Shown here: positions 20,401-29,165 of the stretch, in pieces
Numbering within the stretch: position 1 is the first letter of the stretch
How the letters are laid out: each line of letters begins with the position of its first letter
NCBI GenBank assembly: GCA_964035575.1
Contig: OZ037839.1
Location: 1,860,001 to 1,924,000, forward strand
Source of the DNA: Rhynchopus sp. YZ270_cl-10
Lineage: Eukaryota
Reading direction: 5' to 3'
DNA: 64,000 nt
Made by a program: the position numbers and the translations under genes
Notes under the pieces: model-generated
Database searches by the model: none
Told to the model about the DNA's origin: nothing
Seen by the model: only the letters and a program-made list of their open reading frames with translations

Positions 20401-22447
20401 ACCTGGGAAATACGTGAACAGTCTTGCAACTGCAGTGGAGAAAGGGGTCCACGGCGTGAACAAGATGAACCGAAGAAGCGTACCGGTCATGCTGAATGTC
20501 TTCGAGAAAGGCCATCTGCTCGACCCCTCGGTGGCATTCGACTACAGAAGGATCATGACGTGGGCGGCGATGATACGCAAATCGGATGAGATCTGTTTGC
20601 TGGTCGAAAAGTGCAGGTCACGTGCGAAAGCGAAGCAGGCGAAGACTGGAGGACCCATCGGGTTGATTGCGCGAGCCCTCAGCCGCCTTGCGTGGTCATG
20701 GATAGACACGACAAAAGTGAAAACGCACGATGGGAGCATCGTTGATGTGAAGACAGTAAGCTTGGGCAGACTGGGCCACGTTGTGCGAGAACGGATGTTC
20801 TTCATTCGACTCTCCCGTACGAAGACGACTGCGAAGGCCAATGGCAAAGGCAGAGCTAACCTGAAGGGTATTGAAGCGGGGGTGGATAAGGAGAAAACCC
20901 TTGCTCTCACCCGAAGCAAAACTTTGACGGATTACGAGGCGGGGACGCTGCGACACATTGTAGCTGACGGTGCGATAACGGGGGTGCGACTTGCGAGAGC
21001 GCGCATACGGGACTCGGCCATCTGCGTGCACTGCGAAGCGGGGGTGGACGAAAATCACAAACACTTGTGGTGGGAATGTGAAGCATGGAGTAGCATTCGT
21101 GCGGAGTACCCCTTGCTGTTGGACATTGACAGAACGACCTGGCCAAACTGTCTCGCTATCTGCGGCATGTGCACACCGGACACACCTTTGGAATGCGCCC
21201 GTGTTGCAGACCTGCAGAAGATGATGGTGCGCATCCTCATCGCACGCTCCAAGTGGAGCAGACCGGAAGCGGCGAACCCGCGACTGCAAGAAGACCGATA
21301 CCCGTGGACGTGGGCGCCGGAGTTGGACACGACGACGCAACACGCGAACAGTTTGGTGGACTACACCCCCCTGAAAAGGAGGTGGCCGTATGGACGTGCG
21401 CTGCTGCTGGCGTTTGCCTCCTGGCTGGGTGGTTTACAATGGAGCGACGAAGCTGGACGTGAAGTCTCCCACATGGAGCTGCTCATCGACTTCGAGGTTG
21501 CCACAGGGATGGACATCCGACCTGGGGACAAGACCGGCAGAATAGCGCCGAAGCTGAAGCAGCCGAGGGATGGGACTGGGGAAGAAGTCAACAATGGGGG
21601 GGAAGACGACGGGAGTGAGGAAGACGACGATGATGACGACGTGGTGCCAGTAGCGCTGGTCCACAGAGAAATGGCGAAGACGACCACCTTTGGGCATATG
21701 TTGGCTTCACTCAGAACCTTTTCGGAGAGCTCTCTCCATCCGGGGAAGGTGAAGGTAACGCATGTTCTCGCTTCGTTTGGGGCGAACGCCATCACAGGCA
21801 TCGACCGCCGTCCTATCTTTGCCGGCGGAGAAGAAACGTTGAAGGCATTGCGTGCGCTATACGATGCTGGTGTGGCGTACCGTCTGCAACGCAGCTCCGA
21901 AGGCATGTCTGAGGCGGAGCTCCGTGGTGGCGATAGAGCGAGAGGTACATGGATGGGGGAGTATTCTGCTGAGACGGCGTACCCCTCCACAGAAGTTAGG
22001 GGCAGGAGGGCACTACCATTCATCCAGCGGGCTGAACAGGAGACATCTGCGCATGCTCGCTACCGGCACCATGAGCACGTGCGTCCAGGGGACGCACCCG
22101 TGAAGGCACCTGAAGGAGCGGTTCCGATCTTCCAGTTTGCGATATGTGTGCTGCACCGGAAGACGAAGTGTGATGCCTGCTCGAAGAACGCCCAGGCAGA
22201 CCTGATGCATTGCTGCTTTGCGCACCACTCCAACGACGACGGGTTACCGATCCGACACGAAGCATGCACTAAGCATAGACTCTCGAGGTGCGGGAACTGT
22301 GTGCAAGAGAAGAGTACGCTGGATCACTGCTGCCGCCGCCACCACGACACCTCGAAGGGGCGACAGACGACGCTGGGAGGCTTCTTCAAGAAGAAGCAGA
22401 CGAAGCAGAAGGATGGGCACAGCAGGGGCGGTGATGGACTTATGTAA
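17441..22447 (+). CDS. Retrotransposon ORF2: 2A-like peptide, AP endonuclease, reverse transcriptase, CCHC-like finger, C-terminal Cys/His repeats
   Basis: APE: TANVTSL, LQEVR, GDFN, RIDLVL. RT: AGLDG, RPITI, QHGFR, DYQKCFDRV, GILQGCPLS, YADD. Finger: CVHC..HLWWEC. Same frame as ORF1; true start unresolved. Confidence 0.93.
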   Translation, partial: RCGAVEGYGTGLASSCVVGERDVFVKTVSPTRGQHRLRSAGCMLSGTRGKGRTRRGVGRGVGHRVRRGRRRGAFLGRGSLLTCGDVEEHPGPSTMSLGTANVTSLRAHPAVGEWDVDVCALQEVRLTEEEMKGAANDVKGYGAKQLLFGAPCRRSQGSDPLRTRTQNGGVAIMTCADIPTRAVPPQCAQQAWNECRFTHAQVAYGSGGRNISVFSFYGVCADSDRTEQLLTGIFEEAASLGDIPVFIAGDFNVEANESLAIRAAISSGKWVDAADTYAQQLGKAAENTCYTSTSSGRRIDLVLANHVAAPAISKVVVWKESCLPVHRPVVLTLDLTRYEQKAPQARPPLSLIGDDWTKWPAKKEKELAAKVMQENAAPEADLTKMSVEDRWARFCKIAEDYLLKRGAADSDPKQQRHRGRGEVQPDVLRHRTARMDCDTPDAVNLETAQLQKTCRQMEQLIGDRRKRFGQPSAESLNERQLWAKIRKKKHLLKSDTWDLDLPGIEALCGLLGCLKKRGFVLLEQRRRARIKEWRRTMKEHMKVNPAKVFSFLRKATSSHTTFLKREDGTVTANLQEMDELLMDDRAWGGVFRMYDDSEEPAWTTFFDRFKEHIPEGTPCVCEPLTADDLRTTIGKMKRKKAAGLDGWRVEELKELPLTLLEELARCLNLIEDTGNWPRVIARALVVLIPKGEGEEPLKQRPITITSVMYRLWAATRLRKVATWQESWIHERQHGFRNKHGTEDLLWFLCAKMEEALIDDTPIYLASFDYQKCFDRVPQEIMFQLVERLGLPDNMMRPIRGIYKKLGRRFKLPAGLGKEWFATNGILQGCPLSVIFLNALVAVWMNGVEKETGTQGLAYADDTNLLTKTLDQLRAGVAFTGHFADLTGQRVHAGKSTWQSNRPDEEETVQMNGADLTRVEKSECLGATVQARQAGTPTLPTKLEDTIDACGPLAGKVGCLPLTQGEKAGIMQAAVMSKSVYGITVQDPPGKYVNSLATAVEKGVHGVNKMNRRSVPVMLNVFEKGHLLDPSVAFDYRRIMTWAAMIRKSDEICLLVEKCRSRAKAKQAKTGGPIGLIARALSRLAWSWIDTTKVKTHDGSIVDVKTVSLGRLGHVVRERMFFIRLSRTKTTAKANGKGRANLKGIEAGVDKEKTLALTRSKTLTDYEAGTLRHIVADGAITGVRLARARIRDSAICVHCEAGVDENHKHLWWECEAWSSIRAEYPLLLDIDRTTWPNCLAICGMCTPDTPLECARVADLQKMMVRILIARSKWSRPEAANPRLQEDRYPWTWAPELDTTTQHANSLVDYTPLKRRWPYGRALLLAFASWLGGLQWSDEAGREVSHMELLIDFEVATGMDIRPGDKTGRIAPKLKQPRDGTGEEVNNGGEDDGSEEDDDDDDVVPVALVHREMAKTTTFGHMLASLRTFSESSLHPGKVKVTHVLASFGANAITGIDRRPIFAGGEETLKALRALYDAGVAYRLQRSSEGMSEAELRGGDRARGTWMGEYSAETAYPSTEVRGRRALPFIQRAEQETSAHARYRHHEHVRPGDAPVKAPEGAVPIFQFAICVLHRKTKCDACSKNAQADLMHCCFAHHSNDDGLPIRHEACTKHRLSRCGNCVQEKSTLDHCCRRHHDTSKGRQTTLGGFFKKKQTKQKDGHSRGGDGLM
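17663..17716 (+). other. 2A/StopGo-like peptide LGRGSLLTCGDVEEHPGP
   Basis: 16 of 18 residues identical to T2A (EGRGSLLTCGDVEENPGP), directly upstream of the endonuclease domain. Confidence 0.85.
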
Positions 22448-22516
22448 CATCACCTCCACGATGTATTGTATCACCTATCTCGGATAGGGGTGCATGCATC
22501 GAAAACGGGCCCCCAC

Positions 22517-22535
22517 GTTGACGAAAACTACTAAG
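22517..22535 (+). repeat. Right target-site duplication
   Basis: GTTGACGAAAACTACTAAG followed by the continuation of the LRR gene. Confidence 0.95.
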
Positions 22536-24280
22536 TACCAATCTGTTGAAGCACTTCGTGCCTTGGGTGAGACAGACATTTCCGAAGCGAGGTTGGCGAC
22601 TGTGAAGGATCCTGACGTGGCTTCCCTGCTTCTTCAGGCGGAGGTTGCGACTGTTATTCCGCACTACTTCTTGCGCAATGCATCGTTTACGAGACTTGAT
22701 CTCTCTGCTGTGTCTGGGGTGACGCGAATTTATGACAACTTTCTCCACGGGTGTGCGTCGGTGGAAACGGTTGACTTGTCGGGATTGTGCAACGTTACGC
22801 ACATTGGGAATGACTGTCTCTATCGGTGCCCATCTTTGACAAGCCGTTACGCACATTGCGGACAACTTCCTCCATCACTGCACCTCGTTGGCAACCATTG
22901 ATTTGTCAGCTTTTTGCAGTGTCACGAAGATCGGCTCCGAATTTCTGCGCAACTGCACGTCGTTGACCACCATCAGCTTTTCAGGGATGACCAATGTGAC
23001 GGACATTGGGCACAGATTTTGTGTGGACTGCACCTCGTTGGAAACGATTGACTTATCAGCACTGCACAGGGTTGTGACGGTAGGTAACGACTTTCTGAAG
23101 AGGTGCACCTCGCTGAGAAGTGTCGACCTCTCAGCTTTTGCCAGTACCAGAGGCGTTGGGCACTACTTTCTTAGTCACTGTTCATCATTGAAAACAGTTG
23201 ATTTATCAGTGTTGCGCAGCATCACACGCATTGCTGCAAGCTGGATGCAAGGGTGCTCCGCGTTGACAACAGCAGACTTATCAGGACTGAGCAATGTTGA
23301 GTTCATTTGTGCACTGTTCCTGCAAGGGTGCACATCCTTGACCACGCTGGACATGTCAGGTATAGGCTGTGATACAATGATCCATCACGACTTCCTGGAC
23401 AACTGCAACGCACTCACAACAGTCGTCTTGCCAGGCAACACCGACATTCACGAGATGTCTCTCCCGAATGAAGCCCAAAAGAACCATGGCACTGGACTCA
23501 CGAAGACCTTCGATGCATGTGTGCGTGACATTTACGCAAGGTTTACGGAACAGTTCGGAGGTGTGCGGACAGAAGATCTGGTACGAACAGACGTGTCTGG
23601 AGATGCAAGACAATGTATTGCATTGAAAGCAGGACAAGAAGGAGAAGGTTTGATGCAAGCACAAGAGGACGAGGACAAGCAGGAACTGGACGAATGAGGA
23701 TATTTCGAGGGTTTGGGGCAGGATAAACAGGGGGTCTGGGGGGAACGGGGACACTTCGGCAAAAGTATTGAAGCACCTTTTTGTTTTGGATATCTGTAAG
23801 GACTTTGGGAAAACTTGCCACAGTATGCATGCTGTTGCCGGCACGGCATCTGGGACGCAGATTGCCACAGTTTGATTCTGTGCCATACCAATCATATACA
23901 GTTGGAACATGCGGTATAAACATCGGAAGTGAAGAAGCAAAGTGAGGCATTTGATTTCGATAAGCTGCTGGTTTTTTCGAGTGCATGCGCTAAGGGACGC
24001 GTCATGACAGCTATGTCCACCACTCAGCAGTTCCAACATCGGCACCAAACACGCCGAGACCACCGGGACCAGAATGGATTCTTTGTCCAGAATGGAAGCT
24101 CGAGAATGTATGTGTAGGAGGACTGCATGGTTCGGGTCCACCCCATACACCAAGGTACACTCAGTAACACTGTCCTGAGATGGATTCAACTCAACTTTCC
24201 CCCACAAACCTCTCCCTCTTCCCCTCCCGTTACCGTCACCACGACGCACAGACGACTAACAACACTCAGTAACGCAAACA

Positions 24281-25741
24281 AGGAACACAGAGTTTGACGC
24301 AAAGCACTTTGTGAAGTGTTGTGCCGCTGCCGCAGGGACAGGGCTGCTGCTGAGGAAGGTGTGCGCCGCGTACAGAACGCCCCCACCACCAGCACCACCA
24401 ACCCGCTCGGCGCCTTGCCCGGAGACTGCACGCAGACCGTTCGATGAGTGCGAGGTGCTGAACGAGAAGGAGCAGAATGAGATGTTCTATAGACACTCTC
24501 GTGTGCAGAGCGTCACGTACTTTAGGCAGAAGGAAGGCGCGGAGGACGGCCTGATGGAGTATCTCCGTGACAGAGTTGCGCAAATGATAGCAAAAAACCC
24601 GTGGATGGCAGGGGAGATCCGTTTGCGTGATGCGAAGGACAGCAGCTCTCCGATGTGTCTGACGTGGAGGCATGAGGTGTCTGCTGAAGAAGCTGCCGAA
24701 CACTTCCATGTGTTCGAATGCGACGAACGTACGGAGGCCACCCTGCAGGAGGTCTACGGTCGCAACCACGGGGTCGTGCCGGACACACCCCCGCCAAGCT
24801 TTTCAGAGTTTTCCTTGCGGATCCTTGAGAAGTACAGCCCTGCCGGCGTGCCTCTTGTTTTCTACAGCCTGCTGCGGATGAAGTCTGGGTACCTCCTGGT
24901 CTCCTCCTGCAGTCACATTGTGGCGGACGGTGCGACGCACTACATGCTGCGTGCGATGCTCTCCAACGACGTTGAGGTGCAAGCGTTGGACAACAAACGT
25001 GTCCCCGAGGCAGACGCGATGACCAACCATTGGATGCCAAACGGGCTTGCGGCAGAGAACATGAGAGGCTTTCTGTTTGGCATAATGTGTTCGAAGCTGT
25101 ACATGGCGTGCTCCTCGTTGCCGCTCATTGGGCGTTTGTTTCCACCGCAGGCTGGTTTGGGGGTGTTTATCATGAATCAAACTGAAATTAATCGCCGCAA
25201 AAAGATTTCGGCAGATCGCAACCACGAGGGGCGTAAGGGTGTAGAATACGTTTCGAGCAATGATGTGATGACGACGTGGTGGGGGAACAAATTTCTGCGG
25301 AAGGGAATGCAGATGTGGTGCGTCTTGAACCTTCGCGGACGTGCCGAGGGGGTGACAAGCACGAAGGCGGGGAACTACATCGGAGCTATGGTCATCCAGA
25401 GCGACGACAAGGAGGTCACACCTGAGCACCTCCGTGAGGTCCTCATCCACGGCAACAACTCCGAACACCGCGAAGACTCGACTCTCGACTACTACACTAG
25501 GGCGGTAGCCTTCGTGACAAACTGGAAGACCTTCCACAGGAAGCTCGTCACACCGACACACGACCAGGTCATGCATCTCCCCGTTCTCGATTTCACTATG
25601 CGCTGGGGCAACAGCGTCTTCGTCTTTGGCACCGGCTGTGGCGACGACGAGACAGGTATCTATTGTGACCGTACAGTCTTCCGTGCACCACCCAGCCTCG
25701 ACAATGACTCAATGGTGGCACGCCAGCTGATGCGTGGATGA
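24281..25741 (+). CDS. BAHD-like CoA-dependent acyltransferase, copy A (ancestral ATG changed to AGG; next ATG at 24482)
   Basis: HxxxD motif SHIVADG, SSNDVMT, NLRGR, DFTMRWG (DFGWG-like). Confidence 0.7.
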   Translation, partial: RNTEFDAKHFVKCCAAAAGTGLLLRKVCAAYRTPPPPAPPTRSAPCPETARRPFDECEVLNEKEQNEMFYRHSRVQSVTYFRQKEGAEDGLMEYLRDRVAQMIAKNPWMAGEIRLRDAKDSSSPMCLTWRHEVSAEEAAEHFHVFECDERTEATLQEVYGRNHGVVPDTPPPSFSEFSLRILEKYSPAGVPLVFYSLLRMKSGYLLVSSCSHIVADGATHYMLRAMLSNDVEVQALDNKRVPEADAMTNHWMPNGLAAENMRGFLFGIMCSKLYMACSSLPLIGRLFPPQAGLGVFIMNQTEINRRKKISADRNHEGRKGVEYVSSNDVMTTWWGNKFLRKGMQMWCVLNLRGRAEGVTSTKAGNYIGAMVIQSDDKEVTPEHLREVLIHGNNSEHREDSTLDYYTRAVAFVTNWKTFHRKLVTPTHDQVMHLPVLDFTMRWGNSVFVFGTGCGDDETGIYCDRTVFRAPPSLDNDSMVARQLMRG

Positions 25742-27091
25742 GGGAAGTGAGGGAGAGACAGTGGGCCTCAAATTTCCTTTATGCTTACATGCAATACCAA
25801 AAGGAAATGGAACACCGTCCTCCCTTCCTTTTTCCATTTTTCTAATCTGCGGCGGGTTGGAGTAGAGCCACACTTCACCGACAGGTCGAGGTGTGTGCGT
25901 TTCACCACAACCTCTCCCTTTTGTCTTTATTGTTTTTATTGCTTTATTGTTTGCGGGGGTGGGGGAAAAACATAAAAAGGAAAAGTAGGAGCGCGATTTC
26001 AATTTTGCCACTCTTTTGGGCAGGGGAGCAGGGCTAGCTGTAACAGCCGTGATTCTTTTTTCAATTTTTTTTTTCGAAGGTGCAGAACTTTCGCAGCCGA
26101 AAAAAAAACCTTTTTTGGGAAGATCGGGCACTTTTCAGTTTAAGCTGGGAACCCTCAGATGTAACAGGAACTTTTTCCGAAGAAAATCACTGCGGCCCCT
26201 GGTGTGTTTACAGCTAACCCTACAAGGGGAGGAGGGGAGAGGAGGGAGCAGAGAAGAGAGGCAACATCGAAAAAAAATGAAGACTGTCTTTTGGCAGTTA
26301 TACTACAAAACGTGCTCCAAAAAAATGGCAATTTTTTAAATACGGGTGAAAAATAACACTTCATCTGCTCACATACCTAGGCTATTGGGCAATGTATTTC
26401 TCTTGGGAACTAGCCAGATGCTTTCAAATGCTCATGCAATTGACAATTGAATTGTTAACCGTGTGTTCCCTCTGGCTTCCGGAAGCACTCCTGCGTCTGG
26501 AGACCGGCAGCCGTCAGATTGTGACGAAGGACACAGCCGAGAATCAGGGGGGCACTTTGTTTGCGAGAAGTAACACTGTCGTACCCTGTTGTTGGCTTCG
26601 GTTCTCTCTTCCGCACTTTTTCTTCTTTCTTCCTGCCAAGTGAGGCTTTTATGCTCATCTTTCCAACCAGTACTTTTTCTTCACCGCTTACCCAAACATC
26701 GGAGGGGCACAGAACCAAGGTGGGTTTTCCGATTTTGGAAAGCAAAGCTGTTTTCCGCACCTTAGTTATGCCCATGAGTGTATACGCTAGACCTTCTTTA
26801 GGGACGCGTCATGACAGCTGTGTCCACCACTCAGCAGTACCAACATCGGCACCAAACACGCCGAGACCACCGGGACCAGAAGGTGCCTGTTTTTCTGATC
26901 AGATGTTCAGCTCGAGAATGGATGTGTAGGACTGCATGGTTCGGGTCCACCCCGTACACCAAGGTACACTCAGTAACACTGTCCTGAGATGGATTCAACT
27001 CAACTTTCCCCCACAAACCTCTCCCTCTTCCCCTCTCCCGTTACCGTCACCACGACGCACAGACGACTAACAACACTTAATAACGCAAACA

Positions 27092-28552
27092 ATGAACACA
27101 GAGTTTGACGCAAAGCACGTTGTGAAGTGTTGTGCCGCTGCCGCAGGGACAGGGCTGCTGCTGAGGAAGGTGTGCGCCGCGTACAGAACGCCCCCACCAC
27201 CAGCACCACCAACCCGCTCGGTGCCTTGCCCGGAGACTGCACGCAGACCGTTCGATGAGTGCGAGGTGCTGAACGAGAAGGAGCAGAATGAAGAGTTCTT
27301 GCGGATCTCTCGTGTGCAGAGCGTCACGTACTTTAGGCAGAAGGAAGGCGCAGAGGACGGCCTGGTGGAGTATCTCCGTGACAGAGTTGCGCAAATGATA
27401 GCAAAAAACCCGTGGATGGCAGGGGAGATCCGTTTGCGTGATGCGAAGGACAGCAGCTCTCCGATGTGTCTGACGTGGAGGCATGAGGTGTCTGCTGAAG
27501 AAGCTGCCGAACACTTCCATGTGTTCGAATGCGACGAACGTACGGAGGCCACCCTGCAGGAGGTCTACGGTCGCAACCACGGGGTCGTGCCGGACACACC
27601 CCCGCCAAGCTTTTCAGAGTTTTCCTTGCGGATCCTTGAGAAGTACAGCCCTGCCGGCGTGCCTCTCGTTTTCTACAGCCTGCTGCGGATGAAGTCTGGG
27701 TACCTCCTGGTCTCGTCCTGCAGTCACATTGTGGCGGACGGTGCGACGCACTACATGATGCGTGCGATGCTCTCCAACGACGTTGAGGTGCAAGCGTTGG
27801 ACAACAAACGTGTCCCCGAGGCAGACGCGATGACCAACCATTGGATGCCAAACGGGCTTGCGGCAGAGAACATGAGAGGCTTTCTGTTTGGCATAATGTG
27901 CTCGAAGCTGTACATGGCGTGCTCCTCGTTGCCGCTCATCGGTCGTTTGTTTCCACCGCAGGCTGGTTTGGGGGTGTTTATCATGAATCAAACTGAAATT
28001 AATCGCCGCAAAAAGATTTCGGCAGATCGCAACCACGAGGGACGTAAAGATGTCAAATATGTCTCGAGCAATGATGTGATGACGACGTGGTGGTGGAACA
28101 AATTTCTGCGGAAGGGACAGCAAGTGTGGTGCGTCTTGAACCTTCGCGGACGTGCCGAGGGGGTGACGAGCACGAAGGCGGGGAACTACATCGGGACGAT
28201 GATCATCCAGAGCGACGACAAGGAGGTCACACCGGAGCACCTCCGTGAGGTCCTCATCCACGGCAACAACTCCGAACACCGCGAAGACTCGACCCTCGAC
28301 TACTACACGAGACAGGTCGCCTTTTTGACAAACTGGAAGACCTTCCACAGGAAGCTCGTCACACCGACACACGACCAGGTCATGCACCTCCCCGTTGTCG
28401 ATCTCAGCATGCGCTGGGGCAACTGCCTCTTCGTCTTTGGCACCGGCTGTGGCGACGACGAGACAGGTATCTATGGCGATCGTACAGCCTTCTGTGCACC
28501 GCCCAGCCTCGACAATGACTCAATGGTGGCACGCCAGCTGATGCGTGGATGA
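27092..28552 (+). CDS. BAHD-like acyltransferase, copy B
   Basis: Intact 486-aa ORF with SHIVADG and DLSMRWG. Confidence 0.8.
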   Translation: MNTEFDAKHVVKCCAAAAGTGLLLRKVCAAYRTPPPPAPPTRSVPCPETARRPFDECEVLNEKEQNEEFLRISRVQSVTYFRQKEGAEDGLVEYLRDRVAQMIAKNPWMAGEIRLRDAKDSSSPMCLTWRHEVSAEEAAEHFHVFECDERTEATLQEVYGRNHGVVPDTPPPSFSEFSLRILEKYSPAGVPLVFYSLLRMKSGYLLVSSCSHIVADGATHYMMRAMLSNDVEVQALDNKRVPEADAMTNHWMPNGLAAENMRGFLFGIMCSKLYMACSSLPLIGRLFPPQAGLGVFIMNQTEINRRKKISADRNHEGRKDVKYVSSNDVMTTWWWNKFLRKGQQVWCVLNLRGRAEGVTSTKAGNYIGTMIIQSDDKEVTPEHLREVLIHGNNSEHREDSTLDYYTRQVAFLTNWKTFHRKLVTPTHDQVMHLPVVDLSMRWGNCLFVFGTGCGDDETGIYGDRTAFCAPPSLDNDSMVARQLMRG

Positions 28553-29121
28553 GGGAAGTGAGGGAGAGAAGGTGGTGACCTTTAAAAAAAACACGCTTAT
28601 TAGAGAGTGGCATGCTGAAACCTTTCATTAAAACCCCCTTTTTCAAAGTGGCAGGACTCGTGAGATATTCAAAAAAAAAAAGTGGAGATTGCACAACTGT
28701 GGCAACACAACCGAGGCAACTACAACAATTTATCAAATTTTATTTTTTGAAATACGGGTGAAAAATAACACTTTACCTGCTCACATACCTAGGCTATTGG
28801 GCAATGTATTTCACTTGGGAACTAGCCAGATGCTTTCAAATGCTCATGCAATTGACAATTGAATTGTTAACCGTGTGTTCCCTCTGGCTTCCGGAAGCAC
28901 TCCTGCGTCTGGAGACCGGCAGCCGTCAGATTGTGACGAAGGACACAGCCGAGAAGCAGGACGAAGCAGGGGGACACTTTGTTTGCGAGAAGCAACACTG
29001 TCGTACCCTGTTGTTGGCTTGGGTTCTCTCTTCCGCACTTTTTCTTCTTTCTTCCTGCCAAGTGAGGCTTTTAAGCTCATCTTTCCAACCCTTCATATCA
29101 GAACGAACTGGATATTGTCTG

Positions 29122-29165
29122 CTGGATGGGGTCCACCCCGGTGCACCGGGGTGGACCCCATCCAG
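29122..29165. repeat. Perfect 44-bp palindrome
   Basis: ctggatggggtccaccccggtg|caccggggtggaccccatccag. Confidence 0.95.

Larger units (their letters stand above)
13732..22516 (+). mobile_element. Full-length APE-type non-LTR retrotransposon (~8.8 kb)
   Basis: Flanked by the TSD; two long uninterrupted ORFs; endonuclease and RT motifs in ORF2. Confidence 0.95.
13520..23697 (+). pseudogene. Ubiquitin-like + LRR copy 5, interrupted by the retrotransposon and frameshifted
   Basis: 5' part at 13520-13732; resumes after 22535 (YQSVEAL..); internal deletion and frameshift near 22846; stop at 23697. Confidence 0.9.

Noticed and set aside
17441..22447. Diversity-generating retroelement explaining the LRR hypervariability
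   Set aside because: The RT is an APE-linked non-LTR type with a TSD, no template repeat is visible, and variable codons change at all positions rather than in an adenine-specific pattern.
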